Positions 36,931 through 46,709 of a stretch of 64,000 bases of DNA are shown in pieces; positions within the stretch are counted from its first letter, which is position 1; every line of letters begins with the position of its first letter. The notes beneath the pieces were generated by a model, which was not told the origin of the DNA, made no database searches, and saw only the letters and a program-made list of their open reading frames with translations. A program made the position numbers and the translations under genes. Source of the stretch: an uncultured Actinomycetes bacterium (lineage in GTDB: Bacteria > Actinomycetota > Thermoleophilia > RBG-16-64-13); NCBI GenBank assembly GCA_963809395.1, contig CAWEJM010000029.1, positions 425-64,424 on the forward strand. The letters are read 5' to 3'.

Positions 36931-37825
36931 GTGATGACGCCGGCAGCGATGTTCGCATCCCAGGAACGAGGCCTGGCGCTCTACAAAAGGGGTAAGGTGC
37001 GCGACGTCTACAAACCGAGCGACGAACACCTCATCATTGTCGCCTGCGACCGCATATCTGCCTTCGATCACGTTCTACCCACCCCCGTCCCAGACAAAGG
37101 ACGAATCCTCACCCAGATGTCCAACTTCTGGTTCGAGAAGACGGGGCATCTTATTGCCAACCACATCGTCGACTCCAATCCAGGCCCGGACTGGTACCCC
37201 GAGTTGGATTGGTACTACGAGGAACTGGAGGGACGGACTGTCCTCGTTCGGAACACCAGGCCGCTGACTATCGAGGCGATCGTCCGCGGCTACCTCGCCG
37301 GCTCGGGTTGGAAGGAGTACCAGAGGCTGGGAACGGTGTGCGGGATCGGTCTGCCGGAGGGCCTCCAGGAATCCGCCAGACTGCCGGAGGCGATCTTCAC
37401 CCCGTCGACAAAGGCCCAGTCCGGGCACGACGAGAACATCTCGTTCGACGAGGCTGCCGCGCTGGAGGGCCTGGATGTGGCCGAGCGCGTGAGTCGGGCA
37501 AGCCTGGCTCTCTACCGCTTCGCCGCCGATTACGCGCTGGAGCGGGGCATCATAATCGCCGACACCAAGTTCGAGTTCGGGCTCTCGAACACCGGCGAGC
37601 TCATCCTGATCGACGAAGTCCTTACGCCGGATTCTTCGCGATTCTGGCCCGCCGAGTCCTACGAGCCAGGTCGGCCCCAGGCCAGTTTCGACAAGCAGTA
37701 CGTTCGAGACTATCTCGAATCGATCCGCTGGAACAAAGAAGCGCCGGCTCCGCCGCTGCCGGAGTACTGTCGTCCAGAAGACGCGGGAGAAGTACCAGGA
37801 GGCTCTGAGACGTCTGCTCTCCTGA
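36931..37825 (+). CDS. purC: Phosphoribosylaminoimidazole-succinocarboxamide (SAICAR) synthase
   Basis: GKVRDVY, DRISAFD, RGYLAGSGW, FTPSTKA, ADTKFEFG, DEVLTPDSSRFW, DKQYVRD. Confidence 0.97.
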
Positions 37826-37890
37826 GGCGACGGTCTTGCCGCCTCGGCTGAATCGCCGCTGGCCGGTGGCGACCCAGGCAGCCGCGTGCG

Positions 37891-37927
37891 CCGGGGGCCC
37901 CGTGCCTCCGGGCACGGGGCGCCCCGG
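37891..37927. terminator. GC hairpin between convergent purC and CocE genes
   Basis: ccgggg-gccccgtgcc-tccg-ggcacggggc-gccccgg. Confidence 0.55.
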
Positions 37928-39800
37928 TCAGGTCTTCGTAGCTAGCTCTGCGGGATCACCGGCAGCACGATGTGCGACGGGTGGTCCTTGTCGTGGTAGA
38001 TGGTGTCCCGCCCGACCTTGAGCCCGTAGTAGTGGCCGCCGAAGTCGAAGGCGTTGGAGTCGTAGCAGGCCAGATCCACCCTGATGCCGGTGGCCCTTCG
38101 GGAAGCAGCAGGCCGTCGCCCAGACTTCGATCTCGAACTTGTAGATCGTGCCGGGCTCGATGGGCTTCGGCGCGTCGTGCTTGTAGTACGGCCGGTAGGG
38201 GAGGCTCTTGGCCTCGTCCTTGGTGCAGGCGTGTGACGCCTTCAGCCAACCGCGGGTGAGCATGCGGCCCCGCGGGGGCATGCCCGGTATCTGTTCGCCG
38301 TCGGGCAGCTGGTCGGTGAGGCGCACGAAGAAGTCGGTGTCGGTCTGGTCGGACGACGCCCAGAGGTTGAGGACGATGCTGCCGATCACCTCGAGGTCTT
38401 CCGCGAGGGGCTCGCTGGCGAAGGTGAGGATCTTCCGCACCGGGTTCGGCACCCCATCCTCCATGACCGCGGTCCCCAGCCCGGAGAAGTGCGACCAGTC
38501 GGGGTCGGGGTAGTCGTAGCTGGTCGAGCCGGCCGTCACCGTAGCCTTCGTCTCGCCGGCGGCCATGATGTCCTCCGGGGCCCACGCCGTCCGCGGCCGC
38601 CCGGCGCTCCGCCGGCGCTCGCCCCGGTGGCGCGGGACGGCGGCTATCGGCGGCGGGCCGCCTCGGCCGGCGCCGTCGGCGCCTCCCACGAGAGGGCGCC
38701 GTCGTTCAGCGATCCCACGGCGCCGCTCGGCCCGGGCGCCAGGTAGAGGTTGCGATACTGGGTGCGCGGGAGCGGCCACTCCTTCTCGGGCCGGTAGACC
38801 TCGCGATTGCGGACGAACACGGTCACCGGGTCCTCGTCCATGAAGCCGGTGTCGTTGCCCTTGAGCCAGTGGTCGTACCAGCGCAGGTGCAGCAGCTGCA
38901 TCTCGCGGGAGTTGAAGATGGCCATCTCGTCGCCCTCGAAGTCGCCGTGGCAGAGGAGCAGCTTCTTGGGCGTCTTGATCACCTCGTAGCCGCGGATGTT
39001 GCCCGCGCAGGTGGATGCCCACCTTGTGGAGGATGCCGATGCTGTAGACCGGCACCTGGATCTTGGTGAAGTCCGGGGAGCGCACCTGCCAGAATTCGTC
39101 GCAGGTGGGGTGGTGCATGACGTTCCAGGGCAGGTCCCATCTGCCCGACGTCCGGGGACGGGCCGTACTTGCCCAGCCGGTAGTTGGCCCGGATCTCCGC
39201 CGTCCACCAGTTGGCCGGGAAGCCCAGGGCCATGATGCCCCCGTGGAAGGCCACGTCGCGGTACATGTCGGCGCCGGCGTCGAACGGAGCGATGCAGGCC
39301 AGATGCGGCGGCTGCATGGCGGCGGTGAACCACTGCACCCAGGCCAGCAGCGACTCCCCGATCATCCCCACTTTGCCGGTGCACCAGGGTTGCGCGGCGA
39401 TCCACTCCACCATGTCGTAGAGGTCGTTCTGCTCCTCCTGGCTGAAGAGCTGGAACTCTCCCTCCACCGACTTGCCGCTGCCGCGGATGTCCTGGTGAAC
39501 GTACACGTAGCCCCGGGAGACGAACCACTCGATGTCGTTGGTCTCGCGGAAGTGGAAGATGGGCCACTGGGGCAGATGCTCCAGGTCCTTCTGATACGCG
39601 CTGGTCGCGTAGAGGGCGGGAAACTCGCCCGGAGCGTCGGGCCGGAAGATGTCGCAGGCCACCCGCACGCCGTCGCGCATGGTGACGAACACGTCCCTCT
39701 CGACCACCATCTTGTACTGCGGCTTGCTCAGCCTGTCGGCCGGGAAGTCCTTCGGGAGCATGGTGGACATGATCTCGGGTTTGAGGATCTTGGTGTACAT
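37928..39800 (-). CDS. CocE/NonD family hydrolase (S15-like), frameshifted
   Basis: MRDGVR..DIFRP, GYVYVHQDIRGSGKS, QPWCTGKVGMIGES, WYDHWLKG, RGWLKAS, FPKGH. Confidence 0.92.
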
Positions 39801-39831
39801 CCGCTGCCTCCTTGCCTTGAGCGTCCAGTAC

Positions 39832-40857
39832 CTAGAGTGCGAATCCCAATCTGGCCGGGTTTTCTTCGTAGAGCTTGGTCTGTTCCTCGACAGTCATGCC
39901 AAGCCCGTCAAGGAACTCGCCGGTTTCCTTCGTGCTTTCGTACGGATAGTCCGTTCCCAGCAGCATCCTCTCGATGCCGATCGCCTCGCGGGTGCAGTTG
40001 AAAGCCGCCGCCAGGAAGTTGCCGCTGGTGGTGGCGAACATGTTGCCCAGCAGGTATTCACTGGGGCGCTTCGCAATGGGAGGCATGGAGCCCGAACCCT
40101 TCGGCACGTGATACTGCAGGAACGAGCGATCGACCCGGGTGAGGAGGAAGGGGAGGGCTTCGCCGTAGTGGCCAAGAATGATCGTCAACTTGGGGAAGGC
40201 GTCGAACACGCCGCTCAGGATGAGCCGCATCATCACCATCGAGGTCTCGACGCCGAACCCGAAGCCGGGACCGGCCAGAGCCAGACCGTATTCGGTCAGT
40301 TGCGTGATGATAGGGAACGTGGGGTGGACGTATATGGGCACACCTAACTCCTCGGCCTTGCCCAGGATGGGCCAGTACAGCTTGTTGTCCAGGTAGGAGT
40401 CGCCGTAGTTGGAGTGTGTGTTCCAGCCCTTGAAGCCCAATTCCTTGACCGCCCGCTCCAACTCCAACACTGCGTTTTCGGGCTCTCGCGGGGCGAGGGT
40501 GGCGAAGCCGAGGTATCTGTCGGGATGCCGGTCGATGGCCTCCGCCAGCTTGTCGTTGGCGTCTCTGGCGATAGCCGTGGCGATCTTCGGCTCCAGTTGC
40601 TCGGGCGCGGGGGCGGTGTGAGAGAGCACGGCCACGTCGATCCCGGCGGCGTCCATAGCCTGGATGCGCATGTCGTCGAGGTCCAGAAGGCGATCGACCA
40701 GCGCGTCGCCGAACGGCTGCCAGTAGTCGGCCGAGTGGTACACGTGCCGTTCGCCGGTTTCCGGGTCGTCGACGAAGCGCGGATAGCCGGGATTCTTGTA
40801 GAGTGCCCCGACGAAGGCTTCGGTGGCGAAGTGGTTTTCGATATCGAACTTCTTCAC
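39832..40857 (-). CDS. Amidohydrolase_2 family protein, LigW/2,3-dihydroxybenzoate decarboxylase-like (paralog 1)
   Basis: Intact 341 aa; DIENHF, PIYVHP, GHYGEALPF, TTSGN, GTDYPYE. Confidence 0.9.
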   Translation of the reverse strand: MKKFDIENHFATEAFVGALYKNPGYPRFVDDPETGERHVYHSADYWQPFGDALVDRLLDLDDMRIQAMDAAGIDVAVLSHTAPAPEQLEPKIATAIARDANDKLAEAIDRHPDRYLGFATLAPREPENAVLELERAVKELGFKGWNTHSNYGDSYLDNKLYWPILGKAEELGVPIYVHPTFPIITQLTEYGLALAGPGFGFGVETSMVMMRLILSGVFDAFPKLTIILGHYGEALPFLLTRVDRSFLQYHVPKGSGSMPPIAKRPSEYLLGNMFATTSGNFLAAAFNCTREAIGIERMLLGTDYPYESTKETGEFLDGLGMTVEEQTKLYEENPARLGFAL

Positions 40858-40982
40858 GGCAGGATCCCCTTTGTTCGTCGATCAACGACCGGTGGCGGCC
40901 TGGGCACTCGCCCCAGGAACAATACCGGGAGGGACGGGATAGTCAAGCCATCCGGGGCAGGCGCGCCCGGGATGCACCGACT

Positions 40983-41340
40983 CTAGTCGGCGTGGGTCGG
41001 TCCCAGCAGCGATCGCACCGCGCTCGCCTGTTCGCGTCTGACCTCCGCCGCGGTCGCGTTGCCGCCGGTCTGGAGCGCCCCGGCTTCGAGCTCTATCGCC
41101 TGCGCGACGAGTTCGATGACGCGATCGTCGATACTGCCGAGCTTCAGTAGCGAGACGAGACTCTGCGGCGAGAGTCGCGAGGCCAGGATCGGGTCCATGC
41201 CGAGCGCCAGACCGATCGCCTGGCCTGCGACCTCGTACGGCTCCTCGGCATCCACGATGTGCAACTTCTCCATGGCCCGGCGCATCAAGTCCACCCATCT
41301 GCTCTATGAGGCGCAGCACGTAGTCAGACTGGTTCAGCAC
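40983..41340 (-). CDS. Small helical hypothetical protein (DUF6483-like N-terminus)
   Basis: VLNQSDYVLRLIEQMG then (frameshift) MRRAMEKL...; start overlaps the Mo-subunit stop. Confidence 0.6.
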
Positions 41341-43918
41341 TGCCACCGCTCTACCTGCACCAGGCAGGAATTGGGCGCCTGCCCTGGTGAGGTCGGTGTG
41401 ATGTGCCGGTCGGGGGTGAGTATGTTGATGCACCCCGCCCGGTCGGGTGAATGACCGGGTTCCCCGTCCGGCAGATAGTCCGAGCAGCTCTCGTACGAAT
41501 GGACGGTGCCTCGCGGCAGGCGCTCCGTCACCTGCGCGGCGAGGATCACCGAGCCCCGGTCGTTGAAGGCGCGGATGAGGTCACCGTCCTTGATTCCCCG
41601 CGCGCCGGCGTCGGCGGCGTTCACGCGCATGATCCAGTAGTAGTGGCCGTCCTCCTTCAGGACGCGGTGGTCCTTGATCTCGTTGACCCAGCTCTCTTTG
41701 CCGTCCCCCATGGTGTGGAACGAGTAGCGCGGGTGGGGCGAGATCATCTGCAGCGGGTACTTCTCGTACAGCTCGGCGGTGTGGTGGCCCTCCCAGCTGG
41801 CGATGTACTGCGGCCCCAGAGCCGGGCGCTCAGGATCGACGGTGCCGCCCCGCTCGAAGCGGGTGAGGCTGCTCGACACGAACTCGATCTTGCCCGAAGA
41901 CGTCTGCAGGCCCTTGAGTCCCACGGTGTCGGCGGGATGCGGGCCCCAGTCCGGGGTGTCGCGCACCCGGTCCTCGGCGAACCAGCGGAAAGCCGGGGTG
42001 GGAGTGCGGTCCACCGGGGCGGGGACCACGTAGTAGCCCTTCTTCTCGAACTCCTCCCAGGTGGTGACCTTGGGCAGGTCGCTGGCGGCGAACATCTGCT
42101 TGGTCCAGTCGAGGTCGGTCTTGCCCCCATCGGAGAAGATCTCGTAGACGCCCAGACGCTTGGAGAGCTCGGCGAAGATGTCGTAGTCGGACTTGCTCTC
42201 GCCCAGGGGCTCGATGCACTTCTGCTGCAGGGTGATGACCCGGTGGTTGCAGTAGGTGTAGGAGTCGGCCACGTAGCCGGAGCAGTTGGCGTACTCGCTG
42301 ATGTCCCAGCGTTCGAAGTTCGTGCAGGCCGGCAGGATGATATCGGCGAACTTGGTCTCGCCCTCGAACCAGATCGACTGGTTGACAACGAACGGCACCG
42401 TACCCTCTCTGTAGGCCGAGGCGTAACGGTTGGTGGCCGTCATCGTGCCGATGAAGGAGCCTCCGTACCTGTAGTACATCTGGATCGGAGGATAGCCGGG
42501 CGCCGGATACTCGTACTTCTGGAACTGAGACTCGATGGACGAGCCGCAGAAGCCCTTGCCCCGCCACTCGAGGTGCTGCCCGCGTCATGGCCTCGGGGAT
42601 GTGGAGGCGCGGCACCGTCTGGCCCTCGGTGGAATGGTGCGCGGTGCGGGTGGCGCCGCCGTTCGGGAACATGCGGTAGAGCCAGCGGAACCCGGCCGCG
42701 GAGTTGTCCACGTCGCCGGAGATGCCGCCCTCGGCAGTACCCGGGGAAGCAGAACGAGGTGTCGACCGGGGCGCCCGCGGTGGTGCACCAGATGTTGCTG
42801 CCCGGCTTGCCCATGCCCTGCATGACGGCCAGCGCGATCATGGCCCGGGTCCACTCGTTGCCGGTGGCGGAGCGGCACGCTCCGCCCATCCCGTGGTTGC
42901 TGCCCGGCGTGAGCATGGTCTTCTTGGTCGCCCAGGCTCGGGCCAAGGCCCTGATGTCGCGGGCGTTCACTCCCGATTCATCCTCGGCCCATTCGGGGGT
43001 CTTGGGCAGTGCCGTCGGACGCGCCGAGCACGTAGTCCTTCCACTTGTCGAAGCCGACGGTGCGGCCGGCCACGTACTCCTTGTCGTACGTGCCCTCGGT
43101 CAGCCACACGTAGGCGATGGCCAGGGCCACGCACACGTCGGTGCCGACCCGCGGGGTCAGCCACTTGTCGGCGAACAGGCCGGCGGTGTGGTTGAAGTAC
43201 GGGTCGATGAAGACCATCTCGACGCCCAATTCCTTGAGCCAGAAGCGGCGGGGCGTGCTCTCGAACCCGGCGTAGATGCCGCTGCAGGTGGCCTCCGGGT
43301 CGGCCGACCAGTAGCACGATCATCTCGGTGTGCTTGAGGGCGTCCTCCAGCAGGTCGTACTGCTCGGGCAGGCCGAGGCGGTGGCTGAAGCCCCACATGT
43401 GGGTGGCGCCCCAGTGCCAGCCCTCCCAGCTATCGGGGTTGTGCTCCCCGTAGGTGAAGCCCACCAGGTTCATGAAGCGGTAGTAGGCGCTGTGCCGGTA
43501 GCCGATGTTGCCCCACATGTGGTGCGAGCTGGGGGTGGTGAGGATGGCGGCCGGTCCCGACTTCCCGCTTGACCCGGACGATCTCCTCGGCCACGGTGTC
43601 GAGGGCCTCGTCCCAGGAGATGGGCTCGTATCCCGACGTGCCCCGGTTCTGGATGTTGCGCTTGCCCTTGGCGTCGAAGTCCACCCGTTTGAGCGGGGTG
43701 AGGATGCGCTTGGGCGAGTAGATCAGCGAGCGGTGGGCGACGGTGGGCTGAGACAGCGTGACCTTGCGGGGCGGCGAGAACCGCCGGCCCCGCGCCTCGA
43801 TGGTCCACGAGGCCGCGTCGGTCTCGTCGAAGACGATGGGCACGATGCGGACGATCCGCCCGTCCTCGACGTACACGTGGACGGGCCCGCCGTTGGTGCC
43901 GTTGACGAAGCGCTTCAT
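41334..43918 (-). CDS. Mo-bis-MGD enzyme large subunit, pyrogallol-phloroglucinol transhydroxylase (AthL)-like, copy B
   Basis: GGPVHVYV, SSHHMWGNIGYRHS, HNPDSWEGWHWG, ADIILPACTNFERWD, ANCSGY, SPHPRYSFHT, NDRGSVILAA; several frameshifts. Confidence 0.92.
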
Positions 43919-43951
43919 CCTCGCGCCGCCTGCCCCGCGGGCTGCGGTCGC

Positions 43952-44757
43952 TCACTCGTACCACTCCGGCGCCTTCCTCCAGGTCTCGAACTCCGGCATG
44001 CTGTGGGAGCAGAACAGCTCGGCGTCGTACTCGGCGGCCAGATCCTTCAGTCTCTGCAGCGATCGGGTGGCGGCGACGGGGTCGAGGTGAAAACCGCCGA
44101 TGACCATCATCTCCAGGTTCTTGGGCGTCATGGCGGCATCGTCGGTGAACAGCATGGGCCTGCGCCCCTCCAGTTCCACCAGCAGGCTGTAGTGGCCGGC
44201 GGAGTGGCCCAGGGTTTCGAATAGCCAGACGCCGAGGGCGAACTCCACGTCGCCGCTCAGAAGCTGGAATTCGGGCGAGAGGGTGGGATCCACATTCGCG
44301 GGGATCTCCTGGCGGTGCTTGACCAATTGGGGCGCGAACCAGGCCACCGCCCCGTAGCTCAGCAGTTCGAACAACTCGGGGTTCTTCGCCTGCTCGTACT
44401 CCTTCTCGTGACACACGACCTTGGCGCCGGGGAACAGATGGTTGGCGCCGCAGTGGTCGATGTGGAGGTGTGAGTTGATGACGTGGGTCACATCCTCCGG
44501 CCGGTATCCCACCTTGGCCAGCTGCGCGGGCAAGGTCTGGTCCGGCGACTGGATGGGCTGGTCTTGAGGGCACGTATTTCTGCATGAACTCCAGGTCGAA
44601 GCCGGTGTCGTAGAGGAAGAGGCCGTCCTCGTGCTCGATGAGGACGCTGTAGACGGGGAAGCGGATGTCTCCAGCAAGGCCCGCGATTCCAGTAGACCTT
44701 GTGGCCGTCGATGGCCATCGATCCCCCATCCAAGAGACAGACTCGAGTGGGTTTCAT
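43952..44757 (-). CDS. Metallo-beta-lactamase-fold lactonase, 4-pyridoxolactonase-like
   Basis: LLDGGSMAIDG..VYWNRG, RFPVYSVLIEH, NSHLHIDHCG, GHSAGHYSLLVE, FHLDPV, SH. Confidence 0.88.
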
Positions 44758-44789
44758 CTCAAACCTCCTGTTTGTCGCTTTCCCCTGGT

Positions 44790-45817
44790 CTAGGCGGTGA
44801 TCCCCAGCCGGGCGGCATTCTTCTCGTACAGCTTCTGCTCGTCGTCCGCCGACAGGCCTCGGCCCGCCAGGAACGCCAGGCATTCGTCCATGCTCCCGTA
44901 GGGGTAGTCGCTGCCGAAGACGATCCTCTCCATGCCCAGGGCATCCTGGGTGCAGAGGAAGGCTCCAGGCAGGTAGTTGCAGCTGGTCGACACCCACGTG
45001 TTCTCCCGCAGGTAGTCGCTGGGCTTCCGCTTGAGGGGTACGAAGGCGCCGCTGTCGGCGGAGACATGGGGGAAGTTGGCGGCGAAATCGATGCGGTCGA
45101 GCAGGAAGGGGAGACCCTCGCCGTAGTGGCCGATGACCACCTTCAGATTCGGGAAGGCGTCGAGCGCCCCACTCATGATCAGCCGCATCATGGTCAGCGA
45201 GGTCTCCGCCCCGAAGCCGAACGCGGGGCCGGCCAGACGCGAGACCGTAGGTCCAGAACTCCTTGATCAGGGGGACCGTGGGGTGCAGGTAGATGGGGAC
45301 GTCCAGCTCCTCGGCCTTGGCGAGGAGGGGCCAGTAGCGCTTCTCGTCAAGGTAGGAGTCGCCGTAGTTGGAGTGGGTCTTCCAGCCCTTGAGCCCCAAC
45401 TCCTTGACGGCGCGCTCCAGCTCTTTCACGGCGGTCTCGGTGTCTTTGGGCGAGAGCGCCGCATAGCCCTGAAGACGGTCCGGATGCCTGGCGATCGCCC
45501 GCGCCAGCTCGTCGTTGGCCTCCCGGGCCAGCGTGGTGGCGGCCGCCGGCTCGAGCTGCTCCACTCCCGGCGCCGTCAGCGAGAGCACGGCGACGTCGAC
45601 CCCGGCCGCGTCCATCGCGGCGATGCGGCCCGCGTCGATGTCGAGCAGCTTTTCCAGCAGCGCGTCCGGCAGGGGCTCTCCCGCTTCGGCCTGGTAGTAG
45701 AGACGCCGGTTGCCCGTGGCTCGGGTCGCGGGCCAGGCGGGGATAGCCGGCGTTGTTCTCCAGCGCTTCCACCCAACCCTGGGTGGCGAAGTGGACCTCG
45801 AAGTCTATCTTCTTCAC
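44790..45817 (-). CDS. Amidohydrolase_2 decarboxylase-like protein (paralog 2), frameshifted
   Basis: DFEVHF, THSNYGDSYLD, PIYLHP, GHYGEGLPF, GSDYPY. Confidence 0.9.
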
Positions 45818-45874
45818 TGGGCTCTCCTTTGGGCCGCGGCGGTCGGCCGGGCGATCGCGGTCTCCATCGCGGCG

Positions 45875-46709
45875 CTAGCCGGCCTGCAGCACGATGGTGC
45901 CGAGGTTCGTGCTGGCCTCTAGGTCCACGGTCACGGCGTACGGCCTGTAGCCCGGCGCCTCCACCGTCAGCGTGTACTGCTTCCCGGTCTCCAGCTTGTC
46001 GATGTAGAAGTCGCCGAACGTGCCGGCCACGGCTTCGCCGACGCTTTCGCCCGGCCAACGCCAGCGTGGCCACCGCTCCGGCCGCGCACTCGTCGGTGTC
46101 GCCGTAGACGACCCCGGCGGCCACGAACGCCTTGGTGTACCGGTGGAGGTTCTTGTAGAAGACGCGCGCCTTCGGCGCCAGCTCGGGCCGGTAGGCCTCG
46201 AGGCCCTCCTCAGCGGCGCGCGCCGCCATCTCCTCGTCGGTGGCCCAGAGGAACTTGAGGGCTTCGGTGGGGCACACCTGGGTGCAGCGCGTGTCGGTCC
46301 AGCCGTCCTCGAGCAGGTGGATGCAGCCGGTGCACTTCTGGGCCAGCTTGGTCTCGTCGTTCCAGTAGATGGCGCCGTACGGGCAACTGTCGACGATCTC
46401 TCTGCGCCCGGCGGCCTTCTGCGGGTCGATGACCACCACGCCGTCGTCGCGCTTGTAGACGGCACCGTCCGGGGTGAGACAGGGAGCGTCTTCGCACTGC
46501 AGGCAGGGCATGGGCAGGTAGCACACCCGCACCCGCGGATACTGGCCCTCTTCCTGGCGCATGATGTTCATCCAGCGGTGCCCGTGCCAGGGCTGCCCCA
46601 GGGAATACGGGGGGAAGTCGTTGCCCACGTACTCGTCCTTGCAGGCGAGGAAGCAGTTGTTGCAGTCGTGGCAGCGGGCGACGTCGATGATCATGTTCCA
46701 CTTCTTCAT
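45875..46709 (-). CDS. Transhydroxylase beta-subunit-like Fe-S protein with C-terminal beta-sandwich
   Basis: IDVARCHDCNNCFLAC, HRWMNI, CLQCEDAPC, CPYGAIYWN, KCTGC, RCTQVCP, FGDFYIDKL; ATGA overlap with copy A. Confidence 0.92.

Noticed and set aside
43952-44757. Quorum-quenching AHL lactonase or beta-lactamase
   Set aside because: Catabolic operon context and closer recalled resemblance to 4-pyridoxolactonase; side activity not excluded.
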